Source of the DNA: an uncultured delta proteobacterium
GTDB taxonomy: Bacteria; Desulfobacterota; Binatia; Bin18
DNA: 64,000 nucleotides
Reading direction: 5' to 3'
Assembly (NCBI GenBank): GCA_963733195.1
Contig: CAVTCR010000073.1
Span: 64,001-128,000, forward strand
Part shown: in pieces, positions 49,613-60,377 of the stretch
Position numbering within the stretch: the first letter of the stretch is position 1
How the letters are laid out: each line of letters begins with the position of its first letter
The notes under the pieces: model-generated
What the model was told of the DNA's origin: nothing
What the model saw: the letters and a program-made list of their open reading frames with translations, nothing else
Database searches by the model: none
Program-made: the position numbers and the translations under genes

Positions 49613-50497
49613 ATGAGCCAAATTCCGGCTGATTTGCTTGAGTTTATGGAAACGTTACGACCGCCAAAAGGGGTCAACCCCGCTGACATGTTGCAGCGGA
49701 ATGATGCGTTGATGAATGGTAATCCTCCCTCTGTAGGGGCCGTGCATGATGGGGTGCTTCTGCGTGAGGTTGCTGGCTGGCGGCTGACGGCAGATATTTC
49801 TGTCCCGCATGGTAGTGGCCCGCATCCAGTATTGGTGTATTTCCACGGTGGTGGTTGGACGATGGGAAGCCCGAAGACTCACTTGCGCGTAGGCCGAGAA
49901 TTCGCTGCTGCGGGATATCTGACGATCAACATCGATTATCGTCGTGCACCGAAGCACCGGTTCCCAGCGGCGTTCGATGACTGTTTCTTCGCGACGCAGT
50001 GGGCGGTCGAGAATGCGGCGAAGTATGGTGGTGATGCTAAGCGCCTTGCTGTTGGTGGAGACTCCGCTGGCGGAAACCTTGCCGCTGCGGTGTTGGCAGA
50101 GAGCACGAAAAAAGGTGGACCAAAGATTAACGTCGGCGTGCTGATCTACGGTGTGTTTGATTATCACGACACAATGAAAGCTTTGGGGACACCCAAGCCA
50201 GAATCGCAGTTTTATCTTCCTGTCGAGCAGTATGAGACGTTACGCGGCGATCCTCGTGTGAGTCCGCTGAATAGCTGTGCGAAGTTCCCACCATGTTACG
50301 TTGGTGTGGGGACAAAAGACCCAATTTACGCCGAGTCAATCAAGATTGCAGCAGCGTTGAAAGCTGCCGGGATTGATCATGATCTGCACGTGATCGAAGG
50401 TGCTCCTCACGGCTTTTTTCAACTGACGCCGTTACCTGCTTACGCTGAAGGGTATAAACGCGCGATTGGATTTATGGACCGGTACCTCAAGAAGTAA
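49613..50497 (+). CDS. HSL-family esterase (alpha/beta hydrolase)
   Basis: HGGGW, GDSAGG, DP, HGF; AGGAGG RBS before ATG 49613. Confidence 0.9.
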   Translation: MSQIPADLLEFMETLRPPKGVNPADMLQRNDALMNGNPPSVGAVHDGVLLREVAGWRLTADISVPHGSGPHPVLVYFHGGGWTMGSPKTHLRVGREFAAAGYLTINIDYRRAPKHRFPAAFDDCFFATQWAVENAAKYGGDAKRLAVGGDSAGGNLAAAVLAESTKKGGPKINVGVLIYGVFDYHDTMKALGTPKPESQFYLPVEQYETLRGDPRVSPLNSCAKFPPCYVGVGTKDPIYAESIKIAAALKAAGIDHDLHVIEGAPHGFFQLTPLPAYAEGYKRAIGFMDRYLKK

Positions 50498-50537
50498 TGC
50501 TCGCTTTATGCTTCGACCCCGCTGCTGTAGCTACGCT

Positions 50538-50961
50538 GCTCAGAAACAAACTCTCAGGCAGTGTCCGATTGGGGGAGGAGCGTGAAGCCCAAGTGGGTAG
50601 CGGTGCGTTTGAGCTGGCGAATCGCCCGTTGACGCAGGTGCTCATCATAGGTCTCCTGACTCTGGGGCTGATAGGGCGTGTGATGTTTGAGGACCTGGTA
50701 GAGGATCCGGGCCAACTTATGTGCGGTGGCGGTGATTGCCGACGCCGGGCCTTTACGTGCCCGCAGGCGGCGATAAGAACTGCCCAAGGCGGTTTGCGTG
50801 CGGCCCAGGGTTTGCGCGGCCAAGCGCAACACTTGTGCCGCCCGGCGATTGCCTTTGAGGGGCTTACTGCGCAAGACCTTTCCGCCTGAGATGTCGTTGT
50901 GGGGCGCCAAGCCCAGCCAGGAAGCGAAGTGCTTCTCGGTGGGCCACTTGCTCATATCCGT
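50538..50961 (-). mobile_element. IS110-family transposase, 3' remnant with element end
   Basis: KHFASWLGLAP..ISGG, AITATAHKLARILY. The stop is followed by GTTTCTGAGCAG, and the 5' side is cut at an IS6 IR. Confidence 0.8.
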
Positions 50962-51097
50962 GGATCTGTCGCAAGTTTTCGCCTCAAGAGCGTTCTGCTA
51001 TGCTCCTCAACTAACGGTGAGGGGAGGAGCGGTGGGATGATCGACTTCAAAGGAAGCCAGTTTGAGCGGGAGATCATCATGTGGGGCGTGAGATGGC
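50962..51097 (+). mobile_element. IS6-family left-end remnant
   Basis: IR GGATCTGTCGCAAGTTTT followed by MIDFKGSQFEREIIMWGVRW. Confidence 0.8.
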
Positions 51098-51233
51098 GCG
51101 TCGGATACCTGGTGCACGGATAGTTACTATCACTGGTACTGGCCACGTGAGCTACATCGAACGACCAGAAGCCTTCAACGAGGTCGTATTGCACTTTCTT
51201 AACGGCGTTGACCAAGACGGAGCAGTGCAGTAA
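51098..51233 (+). pseudogene. Alpha/beta hydrolase, C-terminal remnant
   Basis: IPGARIVTITGTGHVSYIERPEAFNEVVLHFL...* by manual translation. Confidence 0.65.
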
Positions 51234-51316
51234 CACGGACGTTGAAGCAATCGACTGCACCAAGGATAGCCTACGTGGGGAGTGGATCAACCGGTCCAGG
51301 CAAGGAGGCAACTACC

Positions 51317-52505
51317 ATGAAGACCGTTATGAGTGACAGGCGGTGGGCGAAGGCCTATCCGGAGTTAGGGACTGGCCCTGTTCCAGCCGAACCCTGTATT
51401 TCGTCGGCGTACTTCGAGCTTGAACGCGAGCGGGTCTTCCGCCGGGTGTGGTTGAATGTAGGCAGGGTCGAGGAGATTCCTAAGCCGGGAGATTATGTGG
51501 TGAGAGATCTCGCCGTCTGCAACGCGTCAATTCTACTCATGCGGGGGGATGACGGAGTCGTGCGAGGATTTCACAATGTCTGTTCCCATCGTGGGAATCA
51601 AGTAGTCGGGAACAAGAAAGGATCGTGTCGGGGAGGGCTGACGTGCAATTTTCATAGCTGGTCGTATGACAGCAAGGGGCAACTCGAAGTGGGTGCCGGA
51701 CGAGGAGAATTTTTTTGGCCTGCAGAAAAGCGAGTACGGGCTGACGCCAGTTGCCACCGACATCTGGGAAGGGTTTATCTTCATCAACCTGGATCCGCGT
51801 CCGCGGGAGAGTCTCACCGCCTACCTTGGAGGAGTCGCCGAGCAGCTCGGCGGCGGTCGCTTTGAGCGACTGACGTTAGCCCACACCTATAAGGTAGACG
51901 AACGGGCCAATTGGAAGGTGGCGCTCGATGCCCAGAATGAGGTGTATCATTTACCCTTCCAACACCGGTACTCGTTCCCGGATGTCTTTGCGCTCAAAGA
52001 GAATCGTTATACCCGGCTCCTGGATGTCAAATTCTTTCGTGAGCACAGTGTGTACTCGTGCGAGATCAATCCTGCACATAAAGTGAGTGTCAGCGAGGCG
52101 CTCATGGCTCGCCTGGACACCTCCACCACGGAGTGTCGGCTGCCGCTGATCGGAGACTTTGACTTCTATACGATTTTTCCGAACTTTGTCGTGCTGCTCT
52201 TTCGGGGTCTGACGAAGGACTACTTCATGACGTACAACTTCTGGCCGCTCGCGGTGGATCACACCATTTGGGAAGTCAATGTGTACTTTCCCCCGGCAGA
52301 CAACGTGGGACAACGGATCGGGCAAGAATACATGACGTGCCGCCTTCGCAATGTGCTCCAGGAAGATGCCACCGCCCATGAAACCGTGCACGCTGGTCTG
52401 GCATCGAGGGCAAAGACCCACGTGCTCCTGCAGGATGACGAGATTCAGATCCGGCACTTTCACAAAACGCTGGAAGACCACGTCGGATTCTACACAGGAG
52501 CGTGA
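51317..52505 (+). CDS. Rieske aromatic-ring-hydroxylating oxygenase alpha subunit; frameshift near 51686
   Basis: CSHRG...CNFHSW Rieske motif, NWK, E.YH..FQH iron ligands, IRHFH. Confidence 0.88.
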
Positions 52506-52511
52506 AGGCCT

Positions 52512-52856
52512 ATGGAACAAGAGAGAACGACCGCATCTCAGGGGATCCTGCCGGCGCCGTTTCGCAGCCTGGAACTTTTCGGCGCATGGGCACTGGCGAC
52601 GGAAAGTGAACGTATCCACAAACGCCTCGCGAGCTCGATCGAAGAGCTGCGGGTGTTTTACGGTGCCATGCTGCCGCAGATGGAAACGATCGTGCCGTAT
52701 CTCAATCAGTTCCCCCTTGAAGGCATGCCAGAGGATGTGCAACGCCTGTTCTTGCTCACACTCTCATTCGTGGAAGTCACGAGTGCGGTCGAGTTATACG
52801 GGCAACCAGGAGTGATAAACGGCTTTGACCCTGCGCGTTTTCTTCCTGTGGAATGA
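52512..52856 (+). CDS. Conserved small protein typically found after this Rieske subfamily
   Basis: WALATESER..KRLASSIEELRVFY.AM.P pattern; operonic spacing. Confidence 0.65.
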   Translation: MEQERTTASQGILPAPFRSLELFGAWALATESERIHKRLASSIEELRVFYGAMLPQMETIVPYLNQFPLEGMPEDVQRLFLLTLSFVEVTSAVELYGQPGVINGFDPARFLPVE

Positions 52857-52929
52857 CAATCCTGCTGCTGGTATGACTCTTCAGCGTGACGAGCGTCACG
52901 CGAGACCCAGAGAGAGAGGAAGGTGAGTT

Positions 52930-53705
52930 GTGGCAGGTCGACTAGATCAGAAAGTCAGCGTTGGTGACCGGAGGCGCCTCGGGTATTGGACGAGCCGCAG
53001 CTCTGGCCTTTGCTCGGGAAGGAGCCAGGGTTGTCGTTTCCGATGTAACTGTTGTCGGAGGCGAAGAGACTGTGCAGATGATTCAGGCCACCGGCGGCAC
53101 GGCCATGTTTGTGAAGGCGGATGTCTCTCAGGGGAACGAAGTTGAGAGAATGGTCAAGCTGGCGGTGGAGACCTATGGTCGGCTGGACTGTGCGTTTAAC
53201 AATGCCGGCATCCAGGGGGATCTGGCGCAGACGGCCGAATGTAGCGAAGAGAATTGGCAACGCATCATCGCCATCAACCTGACCGGAGTGTGGCTCTGTA
53301 TGAAACATGCAATCCCGTTCATGGTGCAGCGAGGCTCCGGCGCCATTGTCAATACGGCCTCAAACTTTGGCTTGGTGGGGTCGAACGGGATGCCAGCCTA
53401 TGCGGCAAGCAAGCACGGAGTCTTGGGACTCACCAAAACAGCGGCCCTAGAGTATGCCAAGGCGGGAATCCGTATTAACGCCGTCTGTCCCGGACCAACC
53501 CAGACCCCGTTGGTGGACAACGTCTTACGCCAGCAGCCCCAGCGTGCAGAACCAAATAGTCGCAGCAATTCTAGCCAGGGAGCCCGTGGGGCGGATGGGG
53601 CGGCCCGAAGAGATTGCCGAAGCCGTGGTGTGGCTTTGTTCGGAGGCCGCTTCTTTTGTGACTGGCATCGCCCTGGCCGTGGACGGCGGCTATGTGGCGC
53701 AATAG
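52930..53705 (+). CDS. SDR oxidoreductase; frameshifts near 52957 and 53552
   Basis: [32 protein letters not shown]. Confidence 0.85.
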
Positions 53706-53727
53706 GCAATAGGGCAAAGGAGGAATT

Positions 53728-54198
53728 ATGAAACCGGACTGTCCCGCGCAGTTTCACGGAATTGATCACGTGGTGCTCCAAGTAACCGATAGTGAACGGG
53801 CCCTCCATTTTTACACCCAGATCCTGGGGCTCACGGTTGAGCGAGTCATTGAAGACCTGCAGATTTACCAGCTCCGTTGTGGCCGGAATCTCATTGACTT
53901 GCGTGTGTTGCCACAGGGCAAGACGCTGGCGGCGAAGGAGGAACGGGGCATAGACCATCTCTGCCTTATGCTGCAAGAGGGCGTCGACGCCATCGTCAAC
54001 TATCTCAAGGAGCACGACGTACCGATCATGTTTGGCCCCGTCGAATCGTACGGCGCCACGGGGTTCGGCACCTCCGTGTACGTCTTGGACCCGGACGGGC
54101 ACACACTCGAATTGAAGGCTGCCTACGCCCAGTATCCCATGCGGACCACCGCCAAAGAAGCAATGGCGGGTCTAACCCGGCCCGGGACAAAGCCATAG
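53728..54198 (+). CDS. VOC family protein
   Basis: IDHVVL, FYTQILGL, DHLCL, DPDGHTLEL. Confidence 0.85.
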   Translation: MKPDCPAQFHGIDHVVLQVTDSERALHFYTQILGLTVERVIEDLQIYQLRCGRNLIDLRVLPQGKTLAAKEERGIDHLCLMLQEGVDAIVNYLKEHDVPIMFGPVESYGATGFGTSVYVLDPDGHTLELKAAYAQYPMRTTAKEAMAGLTRPGTKP

Positions 54199-54301
54199 CC
54201 CGACGGTAGGCGTTGTCAACGTGTTAGCCGTTTCCCTAAGTGATCACTTGCCGGTTCGGGTACAGAGGCCATGGCGGCGGCCCGGAAAGGAGACTTTTAC
54301 T

Positions 54302-54962
54302 ATGCCCTATCGTGTTGAGCGTATCGACCCGCAACGCACTGCCCTGATCGTGGTGGACATGGAGAATGATTTCGTCGCGCCAGGCGCCCCTATGGAAACG
54401 CCTGCCGGGCGCGCCATGCTGCCCACGCTCAAGCGCGCTCTTACCTGTTGTCGCAAGCAAGGTATCCAGATCATCTACACCACTCACGCCCATCGACGCG
54501 ATGGCTGCGACATGGGCCGCTTCGCCGACCTGTGGCTGCCGATCAGGCACGGGACTGGTCTGGTGGACGGTGAGCCTGGCATCGAGATCTATCCTGAGAT
54601 TGCGCCCCAGGCTGAGGAGTTCATCATCAAGAAGCGCCGCTATAGCGCCTTTTATGGCACCGATCTAGAGATCATCCTCCGCGGCCTGGGTATAAACACC
54701 GTGGTCATCTCCGGCGTTACCACCGAGAACTGCTGCCACGCCACCGCTCGTGACGCCTTGTTCCGCGACTACAAAGTCGTATTCCTCTCCGACGCCACCG
54801 CGACCTTCGACTACCCAGATGTGGGTCAAGGGGAAATGGCGGCCGCAGAGGTACACCGCGTCACGTTTGGTGATCCTCTCGGTCTCCACTGCCCATGTGA
54901 TGACCACCGATGAGTTCATTGCTCGCACCGTGGTCGCCCGGCCTGTGGCTGCGGTCGGTTGA
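54302..54962 (+). CDS. Cysteine hydrolase (isochorismatase family); frameshift near 54867
   Basis: VVDMENDF, KRRYSAFYGT, GVTTENCC.ATARDA. Confidence 0.85.
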
Positions 54963-54983
54963 GGTTGTCGGCTGCACTTGTCT

Positions 54984-55110
54984 CCTTTCAAGAACCGTTC
55001 CACCGGATTGAGCTCCAGGCTATAGGGCGGGAGGCGGCGCGGCGCGACATGGCGGGGTCACGCCACCTGCTGGCTGACATGACTGGGACTGTTGTCCAAA
55101 ACAGCGCCAA
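54984..55110 (-). mobile_element. IS630-family transposase, DDE remnant
   Basis: VLDNSPSH...*...LPPYSLELNPVERF by manual translation. Confidence 0.7.
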
Positions 55111-55313
55111 GATGGGCTTTGTCAACTTGTTAGGTACTATATGGTATGGCAAATTTGCAACATGAATACCCTGTCTGATGCAAAGAAACAGAAAAATCAT
55201 CGGTTTCCCGTCGAAATCATCAACCACGCGACAGCGTGACTGACACATGCATGAGGCATGGTAATCGCATAGGAATCCGAGGCAGAGCAGTATGAGCCAC
55301 AAGCAACGCGCAC

Positions 55314-56620
55314 ATGCATCTCGCAGGTTTTCTGATCGCCGGGCCGGTGGCGCATAGTCATGCGCTCTGGCGCCATCCGGCGCACGCCGTGCCGTTTCTG
55401 TCGGTAGACTATTACGTCGAGATTGCGCAACTGCTCGAACGGGGTCGCTTTGATCTGCTCTTCTTTGCCGATCGCCTCGCCATCGCCGACCGCTATGGCA
55501 GCGATAAAACTGTCGGCCTACGCTATGGCGATCAAGATGCGACGCGACTCGATCCCATGCCTATTCTCGGCGCACTGGCCGCCACGACTGGACATATCGG
55601 TTTGGGAGCCACGCGGTCGACAACCTACGAGCAACCCTATCATCTCGCACGCGAATTCCGCACGCTCGATCATCTTTCACAGGGCCGAGCGGCGTGGAAT
55701 GTGGTGACCTCAATGAACGACGGTGAGGCGCTCAATTTCGGTCGCAGCTGAACACCTCAGTCATAACGAGCGCTATGACCGAGCGGACGAATTCATGGAG
55801 CTGATAGGTAAGCTATGGGAGAGCTGGGAGCAGGACGCTCTCATCCTCGATCGCGCTCAGGGTCTTTACGCGGACCCGGACAAAGTCCACTACGTCTAGC
55901 TTGCAGGTCGCTATTTCACCTCGCGTGGTCCGTTGAATATTCCTCACAGTCCCCAGGGACGTCCGGTAATTATCCAAGCGGGTGCCTCAGCGCGCGGTCA
56001 GACCTTCGCAGCCAAATGGGCAGAGGTCATCTTTCAGATCGCCCCGACCCGCACGCACATGCGGCGTGCGACCGCAGGCATCCGGGAAGCAGTCGCGCAA
56101 CTCGGACGGAAATCTGAAGACTGTAAAGTCTTAACGGCGGTGATGCCGTTTATCGGCCGCACCGAGCGGGAAGCGCAGGACACCCGCGATCAGATCAATG
56201 CACTAGTCAATCCCTTGGTCGGGCTGTCGACGCTCTCTGCCCATGCCAATGTGGATCTGGCCACGGTCGCTCTCGATGCACAGGTGGAAGACCTGCGCGA
56301 AGTTACGGCACACAGAGCTTGATTGCCCTGGCAGCGCAGCACGCCAAGGAGCACGGGCTCACAATGCGTGACCTTGGCCAACACTACGGCGAAAGCATTC
56401 TTGTGCCACAACTCTGCGGGACGGCTACTCAGATTGCGGAGCAGTTAACCGAGATGTTTACGTCGGGTGACGCTGACGGCTTCGTCATTTCGCCCGCGCT
56501 ACTACCGGACTCGTTTGCAGCCTTTGTCGAAGGACGGTTGTCCCGGAGCTGCAGCGCATGGGAGTGTTCCGGGAGGAGTATGCAGCAACGACGCTCCGCG
56601 GTAATTTATGCACGCCATAA
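55314..56620 (+). pseudogene. NtaA/DmoA-family FMN-dependent monooxygenase with frameshifts and an in-frame TAG
   Basis: [51 protein letters not shown]; TAG near 55897. Confidence 0.8.
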
Positions 56621-56874
56621 GGACGAACACGGCGGATCGTAAAGCAGGAGCACAGGGCAAGACAGGAGACGGATGACATGGCCGACGTGGTCGCTCCACA
56701 CCGAACGAGGTGCGTTGCAGGAGATACGGAACATCGACAGCGGTTGTACCATTGGTAGCGCTGTTCGTTTCCTTTCATACCATCACCGCCAGTGAATATC
56801 CTCACTGTGAAGACCGCTTTCATGTCCATTGACGAGGGGACAACAGTGCGGTGGGAACGGCCTGCCGCACGAGT

Positions 56875-57010
56875 TCATGCTGATGTCGCAGCGAGGAGAC
56901 GTTGCACTTCGTGCACCACCCAGTCGACACGATCTTTACCCCAAAACCGTTTCCCATTGACAACCTAGGTTGGTACTCCCGACACCTCATCGCGGTCAAA
57001 GGCGGCCAGC
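56875..57010 (-). pseudogene. DsbA/2-hydroxychromene-carboxylate isomerase-like C-terminal remnant
   Basis: VSGVPT*VVNGKRFWGKDRVDW. Confidence 0.55.
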
Positions 57011-57019
57011 GCCAGATTA

Positions 57020-57303
57020 GGCATGGGGACCGGACCAAAGCTCGTGTGTACGATGCTCTGCCATTGCCCTTTGCTTAGAGATGTTTCCGTCCACACGCGG
57101 CGCAGTGGCGGTGCTGGGCAAGATAGGTTGTTGTCTGCTGCTCGACCGCATTTCGTCTGTACGTTTGCCACAAGTTCTTTGCCCTCGGCAAGAGTTAAGC
57201 CCAACGTCTCCATGGTGGGTGCGTCTTTGCTCACGGCCAGCCCTTCCCAGCGTTGCTGGGTCCCGTAATCCCCTATGCAGATCACTTCAATACAGAAGTT
57301 CAT
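57020..57303 (-). mobile_element. ISKra4-family transposase, N-terminal remnant
   Basis: LGLTLAEGKELVANVQ followed by C-x2-C in a shifted frame; ATGA overlap with the upstream pRiA4b-like gene. Confidence 0.65.
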
Positions 57304-57975
57304 CGCCACCACCTCCGCTGCTGCATGAGAGACGCTAACCGTTCATTAGCTTCCTTGCGACTGAACCGTGTTGGTGTCAGTGGCCCAGTACGTGCGAGCC
57401 GTTCCTCGACACTTTTCCAACCAGTTGTGACGGCTTCTTCAAAAACCGGCCAGTCAACGTCAGATTCATCACTATAAACCTGGGCTAAGAGTTTCATCGA
57501 CCCGGCGATGGTGGCTGGGTCGCTGATCTGCGGGCTTGCCGCCTGCTGCTTGAGCATCAGCCGATAACCACGTGGTCCGCCGCAGCTTTCTGGTGGTGCG
57601 AATCCTCGCCCCTCTAAACATTCCGGATCGCGTTTGTCTGGACTCCCGTCTTGCACGTCCAAGACTCGGATCTCTCATTCCCAGAGATCAAGCGTATTAC
57701 AGATGTAGAGCAATTTCTCTTGCCGACGCAACTGAAAATCACGCAGTCGCTTGTCACGGAAGCGTCGTTGGTAGCTATTGAACTCCTGCCCATACACCCG
57801 AATGATGAAACCCAGCTCGTGCTGCCAGCCTAGCATGCTGAGGAACACGTCATGGAGTTCGGTAATTTCGACATCATCGGAGATCGCGAACACCCGCGCC
57901 ACAATCGGGTTCACGTCATTTAATACCGCACGCAAAATGCAATAGCTTAAAGGGAGGGGGAATGGTATTTCTCAT
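57300..57975 (-). pseudogene. pRiA4b ORF-3 family passenger gene with an in-frame TGA (57675-57677)
   Basis: LHDVFLSMLGW, DLWE*EIRV, C..G.G.APPE.CGGP.GY. Confidence 0.75.
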
Positions 57976-58007
57976 ACCCCCAGCTTACTCCCTAACCGCT
58001 TCCTTAC

Positions 58008-58116
58008 GGTACTGTCGCAAAGTTGATAGTAACACTCTGTTATCTACAATTAGTGGTGTTTTTCACACTAGCGCATTTCAAGATATGGTATAGTCGGTAA
58101 ACTTTGCGACAGTACC
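58008..58116. mobile_element. 109-bp IS6-ended MITE, copy A
   Basis: Perfect 17-bp IRs GGTACTGTCGCAAAGTT / AACTTTGCGACAGTACC; no ORF inside. Confidence 0.85.
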
Positions 58117-58988
58117 CTGCGCCTCGGGATAGTGCTGGGTGAGCAACGGCTGCATGAATTGGGCATAGTCACTGGCGGTGCGGCATTCGCGGACCTCGAC
58201 ATAGCGAAAGCCGGTATGGGGCTCAAACGCGAGGGACACAGAACATGAGCCGTTCTTTCTGGTATTCATAATGATACCGTTTCGCTTTGCCGGGACTCAT
58301 GGGCAGAATCCCGCCGACCTCCTCAATCAGAAAGCAGGGCCGTTCATCGAAGCAGAGTAACGGATGGCGAACGTCGTAAGGGAGCTGATAGTGATGAAGG
58401 ATATCTTCCATATGCCACACGTAAGCGCCGGTAATGTCGCCCATACACCACTGCTCACTCAACCACGGCTTGAGTTTATTTTTTTTAGTACGCGCCGCAC
58501 GCTCTCATGGGAAATCGACTCCGTCACCGCAAGTTCCACCACCTTGTCGGCCATCAACTGCAACGTCCAGCGACCCCGGCCCGTTGGGGGTGTACTGCAG
58601 GCAATCATCGCGACCTTGGCTTCCACCCGACTATCCGGCGTAATCGGACGCCCACTGCGGGGCGCGTCGTGGAGCAGCTCGAGAATAGGGGCCTGCCCCT
58701 TCTGCTGATATTTCTTGCGCACGTTGTACACTGTCCCCCGCGATACTCCCAAGATGCTCGGTCAGATCTTGTTCTTTCCGTCCTTCGTCCAACAACAGTA
58801 ACATCCGCACTCGGGTAATCGCGCGCGCACTGTTTTTCCCGTGGCCGACAAAGTCCTCCAAGGCTTTGCGTTTCCCTTTGGGTTAATGTGACGACTCGTG
58901 GTTTCGTAGGCATCCTTCCCTCCTGCTGATGGCGGGAGGATATGAAACTCGCCCTTCTTGCTCAAAATCTTTTGTGAAAGACCACTTA
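58117..58988 (-). mobile_element. IS630-family element, 3'-truncated at MITE A
   Basis: HTH and RWTLQL motifs, SHESVRRVLKK slippery A-run, DERP, YEY; starts TAAGTGGTCTTTCACAAAA. Confidence 0.85.
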
Positions 58989-59007
58989 ACGGAAAATTCG
59001 GCAAGTA

Positions 59008-59026
59008 GAAAACTCGCGACAAAACC
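59008..59026 (-). mobile_element. Isolated IS6-type terminal repeat
   Basis: GGTTTTGTCGCGAGTTTTC, similar to GGATCTGTCGCAAGTTTTC at 50962. Confidence 0.55.
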
Positions 59027-59373
59027 CAGATGTGCGCCTCTCTCCCTTGTTTCACACGCTCACGCCACTAACCCTCCAAGTCGTGGATATAGCAAGATGA
59101 ACGAATCTGAACAGCAAGACGAACAGTTTGGGGCTCAAGGCGAACCAATTGTGTGAAGTAGAATGCGGTCCTGTACAGGAAGATGCAGGGGTGTAGCCCC
59201 AGAGACGCAAACGAATGTAACGATTTCCATTGAAATGACAAATACTTGGGAACACCATTCCGAGGGTTTGGTCTCAACGTCCTTAAGGGCAGAAGTTGGT
59301 CAGCAGTAAGGACATAGGGTGGCGCCAAGGGTGTTCAATCCTGCACTCGAGGGGAAAAGAGGAAGGAGCAGAT

Positions 59374-59737
59374 ATGGAACTACATGACGAGTCCCAAGAG
59401 CTCATCACATTGGCTGATCTGGTCCCGGTCCAGCTCAGTGATCCGATTGCCGTACGGCTGCGGATGAAGGGAGAATTTCGCCTGTTGTGGGCGGTGCTCG
59501 AAGATGGGATCGAGTGCTACCTGCGCTATGGTGACCATCCTTCTGCGGTGCTGCGGGAACTCTTCCAGGAGGCGAACGACTGGATTGAAGCTAAAGAAGG
59601 AGAAGGCCTCTGTAGTTTTATTGGCATCTGTGGGGCATTTCAGATTGATCCTAGTTATCTCCGGCGTGGTCTCCGGCGTCGGTTACGAGACAATCCGCCA
59701 GCACCAGACGCTGGGTCCGCTCAAACAGGCGGCGTAA
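59374..59737 (+). CDS. Conserved hypothetical protein (LLWAVLEDG...DW...SF..IC...IDP.YLRRGL), probable frameshift near 59685
   Basis: GGAG RBS before ATG 59374; the likely end LKQAA* lies in the adjacent frame. Confidence 0.6.
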
Positions 59738-59770
59738 CCAAAGCGGGGGCACGGAAGGAAGACATTTTTT

Positions 59771-59879
59771 GGATCTGTCGCAAAGTTTACGAACTATACC
59801 ATATAGTGAAATGTTCGAGCGTGAAAAACACTCCCGATTGTAGATAACAGAGTGTTACTATCAACTTTGTGACAGAGCC
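59771..59879. mobile_element. 109-bp IS6-ended MITE, copy B (inverted relative to A)
   Basis: GGATCTGTCGCAAAGTT...AACTTTGTGACAGAGCC; aligns without gaps to the reverse complement of 58008-58116. Confidence 0.85.
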
Positions 59880-59973
59880 GTTTTTCTTCCCCCAGGTGGG
59901 TTGTCGCTGTCCGTCCTCTGCGTGACTGTGTGGACAGTCCCCTGGGGCAGAGTGCCACGAAAGGGATGAAGTC

Positions 59974-60291
59974 ATGACCGAACCCCCGCTTGACCCGCAG
60001 CGTGCCTATGAAGCCTTAGCGGAGGCCCTCCGACTCTTCTATGCGCAACCGCCCACTGATCAGGCCCTTACCGCAGTGCGGGATGCGGTTACACATGCGA
60101 CGGAGGTGTGGCAGAGGTGCGAGTTGCACCGCGCCACCAGCACGAAGGAGTTTCGCGCTCACGTGGTCAGACTCAAATTGCTCTTGGCCGGCGTGTACCA
60201 GACCCTCGACGTCCTCCCTGGTGTGCCCTGCCAGGCGGCCTCACCGTCCTCTCCCGCGGTCAGCCCCTCTATTCGACATGAGAAACACTGA
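59974..60291 (+). CDS. Hypothetical protein
   Basis: ATG-started ORF with plausible helical composition; no motif recognised. Confidence 0.4.
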   Translation: MTEPPLDPQRAYEALAEALRLFYAQPPTDQALTAVRDAVTHATEVWQRCELHRATSTKEFRAHVVRLKLLLAGVYQTLDVLPGVPCQAASPSSPAVSPSIRHEKH

Positions 60292-60377
60292 AGAGTTGGC
60301 GGGCGTACCGGAGAGCGCGGACCGTTCTCCCCTGCCCAATTTTGCCACAGACGAAAGCCCGGCCGACGCCCTCCGCT

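Noticed and set aside
55114-55170. Third degenerate MITE/IS6 end (ATATGGTAT...AAATTTGCAACA)
   Set aside because: Only short patchy similarity and no matching partner IR.
55897-55899. In-frame TAG in the NtaA-like gene as pyrrolysine or read-through
   Set aside because: The gene has several other lesions, and this family is not known to use pyrrolysine.
57675-57677. In-frame TGA in the pRiA4b ORF-3 gene as a second selenocysteine
   Set aside because: The context DLWE*EIRV is not a Cys/redox position and is best explained as TGG to TGA in a decayed IS passenger gene.
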